Below are positions 38,601-53,400 of a stretch of DNA of 64,000 nucleotides, piece after piece. The translations under genes and the position numbers were made by a program. The stretch comes from Strigamia acuminata (taxonomy: Eukaryota): NCBI GenBank assembly GCA_949358305.1, contig OX442314.1:19220001-19284000 (forward strand), given 5' to 3'. Positions within the stretch are counted from its first letter, which is position 1. Every line of letters starts with the position of its first letter. The notes under the pieces are model-generated. The model saw nothing but the letters and a program-made list of their open reading frames with translations. It ran no database searches and was not told where the DNA came from.

Positions 38601-41600
38601 TCCGACAAACCAGAGTCCTATTTGGAGCATCTCCAAGTCCCTATCTCTTGAACGGAACGATACAACACCATCTCGAACAATATGCAGATCGTTTTCCCGA
38701 ATTAATTATGAAATTGTTAAAGAGATTTTATGTTGATGACTTTTTGAACAGTGAAAAGACAACAACAGAAGCCATTGATGTCTACAAGAAGACGTCAACA
38801 ATCATGCTCGAAGCCAATATGGAACTAGTGAAGTGGTACAGCAATTCCCCAGTGCTACGAGAGCAATTTGCTGTTGACCATCCAACTGCAACGTTCGAAA
38901 GTGAGCAAAAAGTGTTGGGCCTGAAGTGGAATGGTGAGAGAGACGACTTGTCACTAGAACTCGAGGATGTGAAAGCAACTTTGGAACGTGAATCGAACAC
39001 TAAACGGCAGGTTATTCAATTGGTTGCACAGATCTTCGATCCGTTAGGATTTGCGTCGCCGTTTACAGTTTCAGGAAAGCTGTTTTTCCAGCAGTTGTGG
39101 AAATTGCAGATTGGATGGGACAGTCGTCTCTCCCTCGAACTTCTCGAACAGTGGGAGAAATGGAAAAAGCAGTTGCCATTGTTGGAAAATATTTGCGTGC
39201 CACGACATTTTGGCTTGGATGCAGAATTGAATAATCACGAAATCCATCTGTTTTGTGATGCGAGCCCCTTAGCGTACGGGGTGGTGGCGTACAATCGTGT
39301 GCGTCACCCAAATGGAAGTTGTAATGTATTTTTTATTCTTTCCAAATGCAGGATCGCGCCAATTAAGACGATTACGTTGCCCAGACTCGAGTTGATGGGA
39401 GCTTTGCTGCTGGCCAGAATTGCGCACAGACTGAAACAATTCACCACTGCAAAAGTTACAGCTTGGACAGATTCGACAATCGTTTTGTGTTGGTTGAACG
39501 AGAAAAGGAAAGCCATTCCATTCGTAGCCAGGAGAGTGGAGGAAATCCAGATACACGTACCTTTTTCGAGTTGGCGACAGGAGTCCAGAATCCAGCAGAC
39601 CTTCTAACACGAGGGATAGATGCAGAGGCGTTGATTCAAGCGAATACGTGGTGGAATGGCCCCGAGTGGCTTGTGAAGGACGAGAACGAATGGCCAGACA
39701 TTAAAATAGACGAGAATAGCGACGAGATCGATTCAGAGGACTATTTGGCAGCAGCAGCCGTGATTCCAGAGCCACCATTGATGGACGAGCCATCAAAATA
39801 CGGCAGCGGGAGACGATTAGTACGAGTGACCGGATGGGTGCAAAGATTCGTCAAAAACACCAGAGACAAAGTTAGAAATGGCGCACCGTTGACGGTGGAT
39901 GAATTATCGGCAGCAGAGCTTTATTGGCTTCGTGTAATGCAACAATCGAACTTTGCAACAGAACTCGCAGCACTCAGCCATCGTCAGGAGTTCGCTCATA
40001 ACTCTTTTTTGAACAAAGTCTCGTGTTATATAGACGAAAATGGTTTAATGCGATTGAATACCAGATTGCGATGGGCAAAAATCGACAGCAACATGAAAAA
40101 TCCTTATGTTTTGCCCTCAAATCACATTTTAACCACTCTTATCGTTTCAGAAGCACATCAAAGAATTTTCCACGGTGGACTTGGAGAGACTTTGGCAGAA
40201 ATTCGTCAAAAGTTTTGGATGCCAAAGCTGAGAAGGACAGTAAAAAGCGTGTTACACAAATGTTTCGTGTGCAAGCAAGTGCAAGGACGTTTCGTGCGCC
40301 AGACAGAATCATCGTTGCCACCAGATCGTGTCACTCAAGCTGAGCCATTTCAAGTCGTTGGAGTCGACTTCGCGGGCCCATTGTACCAACGTAGTGGAGA
40401 AAAATGCTACATCGTCGTGTTCACGTGTGCGGTTGTTCGAGCCGTGCACTTGGAATTAGTTTCAAGCATGAATACGGAGCGATTCATTCAGGCATTGAAA
40501 CGATTTTTTGCGCGCAGAGGAGTCCCAAGCACGATCTACTCCGACAATGCGCTGACGTTCAAGCGAACAGAGAAAGAACTTTGTGTTTTGTTGAATGCAG
40601 TGAGAGGCGAACAGATACAAGGATTTCTGACCGAACGAGGCGTGAAATGGCAGTATATAGTCGAACGTGCACCGTGGTGGGGTGGCTTTTGGGAGCGAAT
40701 GGTGAAGTCAACTAAGTCCAGCTTGAAAAAAGTCTTGGGAAAGTCATCCCTAGATTTTGAAGAATTGACAACCATTCTCTCGGAAGTCGAGTCGTGCATA
40801 AATTCGCGACCACTCTCCTACGTATACACTGAAGACGAAGACAGTCACCCACTCACTCCAGCTCATTTTCTGGTCGGAAAACGAAGCTGTACTTTGCCAG
40901 ACCCCAGCCAAAAAACGATTCAACAGTTGCCATCGACATCAGTCACGATTTTGAAGCGTTGGAAACTCCGTCAACTGAAGTTAGGACATTGGTGGACGCG
41001 ATGGCAAAAGGAATATCTCACCGAGCTGAGAGTTCACCGTAAAAATGATAAGAATTCACGAGAAGTTAAACAAGGAGATGTAGTTCTCGTAGAAGAGTTA
41101 AACCAGCCCAGGATGACCTGGAAAATAGGAAGAGTCGTTGAGATATTCCGTGGACGAGACGGTCGTGTTCGCGCATGTGAGATAAAGTTACCAGTCGGAA
41201 AGAACTTGCGTCGACCAGTACAGCGATTGTGCGTTCTGGAAACTCACGACATGGAAGAGTTGAGTGGTGATACCACTCCGGCCCCAGTGTGAAAACTGGC
41301 GTTGTTAGAAGTAACAAGGTCGCACGAGTTCGAGGGAAAGAGCACGGCGCAGCACAGAGAAGCCAACCTGCAGGAGGTGTTTTTGAGTGATATTGGATGA
41401 CGCGTGACCGGAAGTGCTGTAAAAGTGTCATAAATTATCTTGTTTCACCCTTTGTTCCCCTGAATTTGTACTTGTGACCCCCAGAAATTACAATAAACTT
41501 GTTCTTAACCCAAAAAAGACATGCTTTATTTCGAGAATTCATAAAAGTTAGAAAAGTAGTAAATTTACACAGTTTTAGTCAAAATTAGTTACAAATCGAC

Positions 41601-41616
41601 TTTGCGAATCTTCAAA
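35673..41616 (+). mobile_element. Full-length BEL/Pao LTR retrotransposon
   Basis: LTRs ~35673-36001 and ~41288-41616 (one mismatch seen). TSD GTAAA. PBS TGGTGCCGAAACCCGGGA (36002-36019) is complementary to the tRNA-Phe 3' end. Inserted in exon 10 of copy D. Confidence 0.95.
36101..41292 (+). CDS. BEL/Pao gag-pol polyprotein with one frameshift near 39580
   Basis: KLPKL...FSGNP..W..FW gag motif, CCHC knuckles, protease FDGGS, RT YLPHRPV...YVDD, RNase H FCDAS...PRLEL, integrase GVDFAGP...SDNA...WWGGFWE. Split across ORFs 36083-39607 and 39463-41292. Confidence 0.9.
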
Positions 41617-42869
41617 GTAAACAGCCAAGATTACAAATGCGCGGATAGAGATACTGCAATAAACTGTCTCGTTAAATGTCACGAAAACTTGCTATTCAAC
41701 CAAATACCATGCAGGAAAGGCAGCTTAACATTTACAAATCTACGAAAGAATAATTTTTTCTTTCTTGCTTACAGATTGCCTTTTATGCCTAAAAAAGGTG
41801 AACATCAATTCTGCACATCTTCAAAGTCTGCTGAAATAGCTAGAACAATCTATGAAGATGTTTACATAAAAAAATTCCCAGATAAAAGTTGTAAATGCTT
41901 ACCATCCTGCGTTGAATTGAAATTTGAATACAGAGACTTTATTGAACACCATAGAGAAAGATATACTATTCTTCAAGCTTTCTTTTCAAAAAGTCTCTTT
42001 GAAACAATTGAAGAAGTTTATTCGTATACCTTCATAAAATTTATCTGTGATGTGGGTGGGATTTTGTCAATTGGACTAGGCTTATCTGTTTTAACATTAT
42101 TTGAAACTCTCCACACGTTAATACATTTCATAGTTTCGATTAAACGTTAAGAAACAACTGACATTTGGTAACCTAGGTTTACGATACCCAGAGGTTCCAA
42201 AAGATTTGTTTTGTTAGCAATGCATTGTTAATTTAAGTTGTGTTCTGCCCTACTCTTACTTGTTAGCTGCATCATCACTTTAGTGCCTCTTCGAGATGAG
42301 GAAGTACCATGATTGAGGATATTATTATTCTGAATCATATTATTAAAACGGCTTTGTGGTCATAAAACATCAATAAGTTATTGCACCATCTGGTGGAAAC
42401 AGTTAGAAACACTCATTCTGAAGTTGAACTTGAAGGAAAATGTTTTTATGACCATGACCGTACACAGATATAGATTTAGAGCCTTTTTATTCGAGAGTAA
42501 GATTATCCAATCCATAAGTGCAGTGCGCCCTGGCAGCGATCAGAAAGTGACAAGAACTTGTTTCCATGCCAGACCCTCACAGGTCTAAATGATTGTAATT
42601 TAATACCATAAAAATTAATACCACATCAACAAACGTTTATTAAATATGTTTATTTTTGAAACTATGCTGATAATTAAAGTCACGTATTATTTTATGTAGA
42701 TTAAATTCACAATTTACGATAATAAATTATATTTGAAATGACATGAGTTTCCTTTATTGACTTCACAATAACTTAAGTACTCGTGGTAAGAGCCCGCGTC
42801 TAGTCATTAGTGCATTCAATTTACTTTGAACATATGTAGCAACATCGTATGTCTTTAACTAAGTAAACT

Positions 42870-43292
42870 ATTGCAAGACAAATTATTCGGACATAACTCG
42901 ATTGCTAAACGACTCCAAATTCCAGTTGTTGGATTATCATTCGCTAAAAACAATCAGAGATCTTTGTGGTTAAGAATAATATGGGTTATTGTTTTATTGA
43001 AATGTGTTGTAACTTGTGGCTACAAGCATACGACCGAATAAGATATTGCTTTAGGTCGATTAGAGTTGATGTTAAATACAGCATTGGTGATGATCATTTT
43101 CTGCCCTCTCTAAACGCATGCGCTCACGACACACCACCATGGATTAAATACATTGAAAACAATCCTAGGTTTCAACGTATGCTTCAACTGTATAAAGCTC
43201 GGTTTCCCTGCGTTAATCAACTTTTAGTTTTCTCTGGACCAATTAAAACCAAATCAGTGGAAGACATTTGGAAAATATTCAACACAAGCACG
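42870..43292 (+). pseudogene. DEG/ENaC copy E: frameshifted exon-1 fragment only
   Basis: RLQIPVVGLSFAKNNQRSLWLRIIW...QAYDRIRY...CAHDTPPW...WKIFNTST with frameshifts. It is cut off by an LTR-element fragment. Confidence 0.8.
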
Positions 43293-43865
43293 TGTAGTGT
43301 TGTAAGAATGACCGCTAAATGGCACATCATTCTCGAGCAAGGTGAACGAGAGTAAACTTGTAATAAATCAGTTGTTAGCTGGCTACGAACTAAAGTGGAC
43401 GTGACTTCTTGAATATTATATACATTATATTATATTATATACATTATATTATATTATATTGGCGACGTGATAAAACAGACAATGTGGATGTAATATGATT
43501 GTGGGTGACTGTGACATTCGTGAGTGGACTTGTGAGTTTACCAGCTGTGATAGTTTCTGCGGTGTTGGTGCGGAGCTGTGAGGTGTCATGGCGGACGTAG
43601 GAAAGGTCGTGGTGGCAACGGAGGGAGCTAGTTTTGTGCAAACAGCAAGTATTCCGCCCTTCGACGTGCACGGAGAGGAGACGACTCAGTGCCAGCGCTG
43701 GAAATGTACATGATTGCTGCTGGGATTACAGCGGACGAGAGAAAAATGGCGATTCTGTTACACCAGGCCGGTGAGGAGGTATTTTCGGTTTATGAAACAC
43801 TGACGCTGGACGCCGACAGCCGCACTTATAAAGGAGTGAAGGACGCTTTGACAACTTACTTTCTG
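43293..43865 (+). mobile_element. Truncated Gypsy-like LTR retrotransposon (5' LTR, PBS, start of gag)
   Basis: TG start directly after host sequence; PBS-like TGGCGACG at 43460; gag-like LEMYMIAAGIT..RKMAILLHQAGEEV..VYETL. Confidence 0.65.
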
Positions 43866-44253
43866 TTTAAGTCCCACAGTGGCATCTCAATGGCGATTAT
43901 TAGTTTATTGTATTTATCGATTACCGGTAATGACCCAAATCGCCTCACGTTCGAGTGCAGGATGTGGCAAGTGACAAGAACTTTGTTTATATGTCAGACC
44001 GTCACAGGCCTACATGATTAATTATTGTACCATAAAAATTAATATCATACCAACCCAAGTTCAGTAAATATTGTTGTTCTTGAAACTATGCAGATATTAA
44101 AGACAGATAGCTAAGCTCTTCCTGTTATCTTGACAACGATAATAACATGTATTAGAAATGATATGAGTTTCCGTTATTAACTTTACAAAAGGTGCTCGTG
44201 ACTACAGTTTGCGTCTAGTACGTATGTGCAGTTTACTTGAGACATCCAGCAAC

Positions 44254-47200
44254 ATGTATTTAATTAAGAAAAAAATTACAAGGCGGCTCTTAGGACAACT
44301 AATTCGGACAGAACTGGATTATAAACGACTTCAAATTCCAATTGTTGGATTATCATTCGCCCAAAACAATCAAAGATCAGTGTGGTTAAGAATAATATGG
44401 GTTATTGTTTTATTGACGTGTGTTGTAACTTGTGGTTATCAAGCATACGACCGTATAAGACATTATTGCTCTGCGCCGATCAGAGTTGATGTCAAGTACA
44501 GCATTGGTGATAATTATTTTCTGCCCTCTGTTACCGTATGCGCTCACGATACACCATCATGGATTGAATACATCGAAAACAATTCGGCAGTTGCTAGTAA
44601 GATTCAATTGTTTCAGGATGAGTATCCATGCGCCAATCAAATATTGAAATTTTATAATTTAATTAAGAAGAAATCAGTTGGCGACATTTGGAACATGTTC
44701 AACACAAGTACAGTTCTTGAAAGCTATAAAGTATGGAAGGTACAGTACATTTATCATTTGTATTTTAAAAAGACTTGATAACTATTTTCTAAGAATACAT
44801 AAAAAAAGTATATTTATGTACTGTAAGACTAAATATCGAACCAGAGCCTAAATCTTATGATGAAGATGAAAATAGTCACAAAATTCTTATCACTACACGA
44901 GCATTATTTGAAAAGCCATTTACACTTCAAAACATTTTAAACATCGATTTAAACTTCAATGTAAACTTTCTGATTGTGACTTGTCCGATTTACCTTGTAA
45001 AATAGCGACTGTTAGTGTTTAGTCAAAATTTTTCGACAATGATTAAAATTTCAGATTTTTATAACTCGAAAACAACACCACGGTGTTATTTACAAGTGAA
45101 AACAATAGTTTTGACCGGATTGGAATGTTCAGGGCTGTGGTTAAACATAAAATATTGCGATTCCGCGTCAAAGAATTTCGTTCAGTAATAACGGCCAAAT
45201 TTGGCAATTTAAACTGATTTTTCGAAAGCAGCTATTGTTTTATATCATCATCTTCTAAGAATTCTCAACCATTCTTTTCTCTTCAGGGAAAAACTTTGCT
45301 GCCAAATACTAGTGTTCAACTAACTGATACAAATTTGTCGTTAGGCAACTGCTTAAAATTTGCATATGGTTTGTATTTTTTTTAATTTCATTCTTGATTT
45401 AAACATGATTTTATTTTTTATCAGACGATGCTAGTGATGAAAAGGCTAATAAAATCAATTTTAAAATAAAAAAACCCAAAGGAGGTTGCAATCGAGCTTC
45501 TAGATTGATGGTAAAAGTGATAGAGGTTTATAGAATCAGATTTCTCACCTGCCTGCTTCTCAATTTTTAACAGCTTACAATACAAAAAAATCAAATGAAA
45601 TCAAATTTAAAACAGTTTTGGCACATCCCAAGCAAATCCAGAGTTGAAATTAATGTTGCTCTAACCGAGGTAATTTTCTTTTAATTTTTCTATTTCCATT
45701 ATTGAATATTATTAAACACGCACGTAGTATTACTTTGTGCCAAACAAATGGAAAAAATGTGTTGAAATCGAAGAGTATGAGAGGTGTTACGACAATTGTG
45801 TTAAAAAAATATACGATGATGGTCAGCTACATCCTGATTACAAGAACTATTTTTCATGCAGGTAAAATTTTGCAATCACATTTTATAGTAAATTGGAACA
45901 AACTTGGTTTTCCTTTGCTTAGATATCCATTTGATCCCGAACTTATACATTTGCCACCATGCAGTCAACCCGACTTGAAGATGTACATTGTTCATGCATT
46001 TTTTCCTGTGCGCCTTAAACCATCTCTCTGTAATTGTTCAGACCCATGCCACGATTACACGTTTGATATAAATTTCCACTACTACGCCCACAAAAAAGCT
46101 AAAACAAACGTCAAAATTAGAAAAAAAACTTATTATGTAACTACATTCACTCAGCTGTACAGTTATGACATTGTCACACTCCTGTGTGACATTGGAGGAA
46201 ACTTAGGACTTCTATTAGGCCTATCAATACTTTCTATCTGCGACGTAGTGTACGTATGCTTCAAACAAATTCACATTAAAAGATGTCTGAAGAGATACAA
46301 AGCGTGTTCCTGTGTTAAAAGTAAAATCCAGCACATTTGTGAAATACAAATGATGAAGAACCAGGTCCCGCCATTCGACCTGTCGATGAGCACAAAAATA
46401 ATGAAAAACAAGCGATCTTTTTCCAGTATGCTCTGTATTGCTATATACTTGACATCATTGGCTTTTTGTTTATATATTACGATAAACAGAGCTTTATATT
46501 ACTTCAGCTTTCCTACTAAAACTATTGTTCGAGTGCGTAAAAATGATACAATACAGTTTCCAACTATCGCAATTTGTGCAGATAATAATTACATCAAAGA
46601 TTTAAGAGATTTGTATTTTAAAATCACTGGAAATCACTCTTGCTTGCCTTTGGATCAATACTTGGATGTTTCGGAAACTACAGTACAAGATTTATGGGAC
46701 AATTCTGCAACCGGAAACGTTATATCTCGTGAGCATTCCACTTCTTTGGTATGGATAAATTTATTATTACATTTAATTTTGCTAAAGAGCAGAACCTACT
46801 GTAGAAAAACATATCTAGCCTTCATGTACCTTTCAACGTTTCAAGTGCTGACTTTTCCAGATTAATACGGGTGTGGTAAATGAAAAATCAAATTCGTCAA
46901 ACATTGCCAAAATTAAGAAATTTTATACAGGTGTCCCATATTAAAAATTTATTGCACGTTTTGACCTTCATCAGAACTACAAAAATATGGCAATATAAAA
47001 TTCACTACACTTTGCCACCAAGTTACCCACCCCGGGTCCAGACCACATTTTAATCCAATAAACCAGTCAAAATAACTTTTCAATTGCAGCTACAAACATG
47101 GCTGGATGTTTGTCTTTAAGTTGGCTAGTTCGAAATCGAAATACTGTTTCTTAAAATTGTCTCACTTTTTAAAAGATATTTTTTAAGACATTGTTCACGG

Positions 47201-48210
47201 AGAATGAAAAGCTGAGATTTACCAATTATTCGACGGTGTATGGAAATTGTGCTAAATACCAGTTAGGTCTGTTATATCACTATTTTAATAATAGTAATTC
47301 ATTCTAATATGACTTCAATACTAACTGTTCACAGATGAACCGTTGGAAATGTTTGGAACTACGACTACAGTAGAAAGCATCATAAACAATGTGAATGATT
47401 CTTCTTGTGAACGACCGGTAGTAACGGTACGTTCGTTAAAATAAATCGATTAGAACATGTGCAATATTTAAAACGAATTCATAGATTTTTATAGCCCCGA
47501 AAGACGTCCCTTTAGTTTTTGAGTTACGCACAACTCTAACAATTCCAAGGAATAAAATAGCTATTATCGCTTTAAGATTTCAAAAAGTAATTATTGTCAT
47601 TGAAAATATTTAAATACGATATATTACTATTGATAGCAATAAAAATTTTATTACAGATAATTAGATTAAATAGCCAAGACGAGCCACAATGCACAAATAG
47701 AAAAACTGCAATCGATTGCTTTACAAAATGTCACGAAAATCTACTCATCAAAAAAATACCTTGCAGGAAAGTTAACTGTTAATTAGAATTAGAATTGTTT
47801 TAGTTGAAATAAAGATCTTGTCTACACTCTACAGGTTGCCTTTCATGCGTCAGAACATGAAACAACAATTTTGCACAACTTCAAGATCTGCTGAAATATC
47901 CAGAACAATTTATGAAGAAATCTACGAAAGACATTTCCCAGATAGCAGTTGCAAATGTTTACCATCCTGCACCGAATTGAGATACGAGTACAGCGACTTC
48001 ATTGAACCTTACAACGAAGAGTTTACTTTTATTCAACTTTTCTTTCCAAAAGGTCTCTTTGAAACGATTCAAGAAGTGTATTCGTATATATTCATACAAT
48101 TTATTTGTGATGTTGGCGGTATTTTGGCAATTGGATTAGGGTTCACAGTTTTAACGTTAGTTGATACTCTTCAAGCTCTCATCAGTTTTGCAGTTTCTTC
48201 TAAACATTAA
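44254..48210 (+). CDS. Two-domain DEG/ENaC copy F, ~826 aa, apparently intact
   Basis: Exons 44254-44739, 45287-45368, 45425-45510, 45574-45669, 45728-45861, 45923-46748, 47176-47266, 47335-47426, 47485-47586, 47657-47766 and 47835-48210 sum to 2481 nt in frame. Same motif set as A and C. GA donor at 47767. Confidence 0.88.
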
Positions 48211-50464
48211 AAACTAAATATTTTATTTCGATAAATAATATTACGAAACTGATTAGACTTGATACTTTGTTCAATATTTGTATTACTGGTAGTCCTATGC
48301 ATGTAAATACACAAGTGCACCAAAATTTAAAAAAAAAATTGCTTTTCATGTTGTTGCAAAAACAATTTGTTTCACACCTCATTACATCTACACTTGTTTA
48401 TAGTTTATTAGCAGACAATATGTACGTACAATGTTGCCATGCCATTGTCAGGCAACCTTACACAAATATCAACTCAAATAAAAACAGTTATTAGTTGCAA
48501 AATCTCATGAATTGACAAGTCTTGTTTACTCCTTCCTTAAACCTCACAAACTAAAAATACAGAGACGAATCTGCAGCGTTCCAGGTTTTAACTATAATTT
48601 AAACTAAATCTAAAGTTAATCAGTGTTGAAATGCCACTTGGGTCTTAGTCTCAGCAGCCGGTTGTAGTATAGGGGACACCATTGTGGTGATCTCAAATTT
48701 CATGTAAAAAAAATTTGTTGTCACCACTAAAGAAACATCTTTATTTAATTACTCTGGTTTGGCACACGGCAAACCAGCCAAGTGTGTCTTGGGGGTAAAA
48801 ACTCCCTAGGCACAGTTCTCCCCAAATTTGGCCAGGGTAATTCGCAGAGCAACCTTTTTGGTGCAACAATTCTTTTGTTGCACCAAAGTTAGCTTATCAC
48901 GCATATCTGCTGCGCAGATGCAGAGTGTGCTCAGTCCCAAATTTGGCTGCGTTCCTGGATTCCCAATTGACTTAAATACAAAAATTGATTGGATAAAGAG
49001 GCCCGGTATTCAAGTGCGGACGCAGTTGAATGCCATGTAGGTCTTCTATCGTAAAAATTTGGCTGTTTTTAAAGTGTCTAGGGTAAGTTATTACAAATTT
49101 GGAAAGTTTAAAATGTACAACTAGTTGATTAAGATTAAATACAGGAAATAAAGGAATTATCAAAAAAGGATTATGTCGTCTAGATAACTAAGGAAATGCG
49201 CGAAACAACGAGCTTTGTTGCCGCGCGGGAAAAGACAATGGAAAAATTGCGGCATCGAATCGCTGCACCAATTTCCAAAGACAAAAGAAAGAGGTAAAAT
49301 CTGACGATTTCACTGATGGTCCGGCTGAAAAGCCTGACCAAATGGTGGAGAAACAAGGGTTGAACCCTGAGATTCTGTGAGAAATTCTCCCATGGAGATC
49401 AAATTCAACCTGCATAGTTCGCCGACCGTCAAATCTTCTTTTCCAATCCACAGAAACTCGCATAAATACCGTCAGCTCGGGCGCGTCGGTCTTCAGGCGT
49501 CGTCGGACACTACAACTCAAAACCAACAACACATTGTATCTGCTTTGCAATTCACATACAGTATATTGACCGTGTTATCGTTTTGATAAGTTGAAACTCC
49601 TTGCTGTTTTCACTGCACGTACAAGTTACCGGTAGTGAAAACCAGCCTTTTCATTGTGTGTGCCAAACACCGTTTGACACACGCATTTTGCGATTCTTGG
49701 TTAGCGACCAAGACCCTAGCGCCTAGCTTGTCGCCGCCATCATGAACCAGCTTCGAGCGTCTCCGGAGTTCGCCATCGCCGCCCGAACGAATTGTGGTGG
49801 GAAAAAAGTATTTCAGCCATTTTCGCACGTAACAACCGTTACGTGCATTTATTTTGTTTCGTGACCGTTGTCGCTTTATTTCATTTCCATTCTAATTACC
49901 GTATTTATTCACTATTAGTATTCATTTTAGTCTTAATTAATTTACTGTATTTAACTAGAATAAAATTAGTGTTCATTTTTATATTTAACCAATTTGTACT
50001 CATCTAATATCCCCAGACATTTTAGCCATTTTGAGTTTAAGTCCTATAAACAGCATCTCAACTGCGTTATATTACTTATTTAGTGTATTAAAACCCGTAT
50101 CGCAGCAGTATACACCTGTTAGCCATGAGTGCAATGCGCTCTGGCTCCGCGATAACTCAATACCGACGTGACAAGAACTTATTTCCGTATCAGACCATCA
50201 CAGTTCTGCACTACCGTAAGTAAACAACATAAAAATTAATACCGTATCAACCAAGGTTTAGTAAATATTTTTGTTTTTGAAACTAAGCACATAATTTAAG
50301 TTGCGTATCCTATTCCGATTATCTTGATAAAATACACAATTTTACGATAAAAACATGTATTAAAAATGACACGAGTTTCCGTTATTAACTTTCCAATAGG
50401 TGCTCGTGGCTACAGCCTGTGTCTAGTCATTAGTACGTTCAGTTTACTTGAGACAGCCAGCAAC

Positions 50465-53400
50465 ATGTCTTTAACTAAGAAAAAAATTACAAAACGGCTC
50501 TTAGCACAAATAATTCGGATAGAACTGGATTATAAACGACTCCAAATTCCAATTGTTGGATTATCGTTCGCCCAAAACAATCAAGGATCAGTGTGGTTAA
50601 GAATAATATGGGCTATTGTTTTATTGATGTGTGTTGTAACCTGTGGTTATCAAGCATACGACCGTATAAGACATTATTGCTCTGCTTCGATCAGAGTTGG
50701 CGTCAAGTACAGCATTGGTGATAATTATTTTCTGCCCTCTGTTACTGTATGCGCTCACGATACACCATCATGGATTGAATACATCGAAAACAATCCGGCA
50801 GTTGCTAGTGAGATTCAATTGTATCAGGATGAGTATACATGCGCCAATCAACTATTGGAATTTTATGATTTAATTAAGATGAAATCAGTAGACGACATTT
50901 GGAAAATGTTCAACACAAGCACGGTTCTTGAAAGCTATAACTTATGGAAGGTAAAGTACATTTATCATTCATATTTTAAAAAAAAAACTTGACGATTATT
51001 TTCTAAGAATAAACAATAAAATGAATATAAAAAATGGATGGCAAACTATTACGTACGGTATGGCTAAATGTCTAACCAGAGCCCAAATTTTATGATGAAG
51101 ATGAAAATAGTCACAAAATACTTATCACTACACACCACCATTCGAAAAGACATTTACACTACTTAGCTGCATTCAAAAACTCTAAAACGCCTCTAAAACT
51201 TGTTTCGTGTCTGTTCGTGTGACGTCATTCCCGTTGAAAAACATGGGAAGGACGTCACATGTACAGGCACGAAACGAGTTTAAGAGGCGTTTTAGAGTTT
51301 TTGAATGCAGCTATTTCAAAACATATTAAACATCGCTTCAAACTGCAGTGATACAATAATGGCGCGCTGTAGTAAACGAATGAACCAAATGTATTATTAA
51401 CGAGAAACAATAAAAACTTCAGTTATAACTCATCATCCATCGCGAACAATACATTTGGCGACGAGGCAAAAATTTAGGCTTAAAACGATACAAAAAAATG
51501 AAATTGGACTTAATGTGCCCATAGCCTTGAAGTGTTTATAACAAGCGTGATAATCATGAACTGCAAGAGCCGGTAACAAAACAAAACAAGAATTATGAAA
51601 AGAAAAAGGGCGTTTATTTGAAATGGAATGAGTGAACATCTAAACAATACGTAATCAACAACGTCGTCTTTGAATTTTATCGCCATCTATTGTCATCGGA
51701 GAACAACATAAACATGGCTGACGAGAGCATAAGACTTTTAGCAGATCAAGTAGCAGCTTTAGCAAAGATCCAAGCTGAGGCAATAGCAGCACAAACAAAA
51801 CAAGTTAAACCAATGGTACTCATGGGAACAGTAACACCATTTAAAGGAAATACCGGTGCTGAATTTCGCAGCTATAGTTTAACATTTGAAGATTATTGCA
51901 CACTTAACAAGATAACAGATGATAGTGAGAAAAGGCAGTTGTTTTTATCAGTGGTTGGACATGAAGTAGCAGCACTCTTGCGAGATTTGATTTATCCAGA
52001 TGAAACAAGCAAGAAAACTTACCTTGACTTAAAAACAACTTTATCTGATCATTATTCAGCATTAAGCAGACCTTGGATTGAAAAACATCGCCTGGCAGAT
52101 AGAATAAGACAACCAAATGAAACCATAGCAGTGTATGTTGCAGCATTACGTGCATTGGCACGTGTTTGTAGTTTTTCTTCAAAAGAGATAGCAGAAGATG
52201 CCATTTTAACACAATTCATCCAAGGAGTAGCTAATGATCGATTACGTGAAAAGTTATTAGAACAGGATACTTTGACTTTGGAAAGCGCTGTGAAATTGGC
52301 AAAGGCAGCGGAAACAGCAGCACATGGTCAACTTATGTACGAAGGAAAGGCAATTGATGGCCAGCTACAACCATTACCAGCAACAGGTATCAAAGCTAAA
52401 CATGAAACACCAATTAATGTGATGAATGACAGTAATCAATTAGACAAGAGTGTGTATGAGATGGCTACTATTCAAAACAAACGATCAGGGTTCCAATCAG
52501 GACAGCAGCCATCCTCTGCCACTGTGCGTAGACAACTGCCGGGACCATCTTGGAGGAGCAACCAGCCATGGAGAGAGCGACAACCAGTACGACGAGATTT
52601 GTCACAAACGCAACAATACCAGACTGAACAACGGAGCAGCAGAATCAACAGTAGTGTGTGCAAACGGTGTGGATTAGACCATTATGGTCAAGTGTGCCGC
52701 TACGTAAATTTTGAATGCCGAAAATGTGGGCGTGTTGGCCATTTGGCTCGAGTGTGTCTTGCTGCAAGCCGTGATAAACTAGTACAACAACAGCAACAGC
52801 CAGTGAATAGACAACGAGGTCCATGGCAGCGTCGTGTGCCAGTTAACACTAACGTCATAAGTGAAGAAAATGAAACAAGGAAAGATAGTGCAACGAACCC
52901 AAAACCAATTGATTTAATATACCCACTAAATGTATTAAGTGTAGAGGGAGTAGGGCGATTTCCCCCCATATATGAAAAAGTAGAAATTAATGGCAAGGTG
53001 ATAAAAATGCTTTTAGATACAGGGTCGGAATTATCCATACTAACATCAGAGACATTTCGGTTTTTGTGGCCTATGAAAGAATTAGCACCAGAAGTACACT
53101 TAACTCAACTAAAATTAAAAACATTTACGGGTCACATATTAGAACCCATTGGTACAATTACAGTGCCCGCAGTTGTTAAACATACACAGTTAGATTTAAC
53201 ATTACTTGTAGTAGATAACAATAGTGATAATATTATGGGAAGAAATATAATCGATCTTTTAACATCAAAAAACCCAGCTTGTTTAATAGATAAAATAGTT
53301 GAAACTGATAAGACAGTAGCGGGAGCAGAATTTACAGAAAATATAAATGAATTTTTAGAAATTGAAAATTTAAGTACATTTGGGCACTGTGAAGTATTTA

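Larger units (their letters stand above)
29518..42150 (+). pseudogene. Two-domain DEG/ENaC copy D, pseudogene
   Basis: Exon 1 (MQQH...LKIPI|VGLSF) is split by a DIRS remnant. Exons 2-5 are recognisable at ~32429-33321. The TM2/TM1 junction exon is not found, and exons 7/8 appear fused by deletion (~35304-35427). Exon 10 is split by BEL/Pao. The last exon, 41775-42150, is still open. Confidence 0.8.

Noticed and set aside
39463..39607. Programmed ribosomal frameshift in BEL/Pao
   Set aside because: The break falls within the RNase H WRHV...NPAD motif with residues missing and no evident slippery site. It looks like a small deletion.
36127..40799. Antisense and alternate-frame ORFs over retrotransposon pol (also at 51904-55977 and 57613-61933)
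   Set aside because: They are shadows of long coding frames with no recognisable motifs. The exceptions are 59107-59367 and 61219-61473, which are used in the spliced DIRS models.
41602..42150. Stand-alone 182-aa gene
   Set aside because: It consists of the LTR end, the rest of exon 10, a 60-nt intron that happens to be open, and exon 11 of pseudogene D.
48828..49828. Short ORFs between copies F and G
   Set aside because: No recognisable motifs or consistent exon chain; probably decayed repeat sequence.
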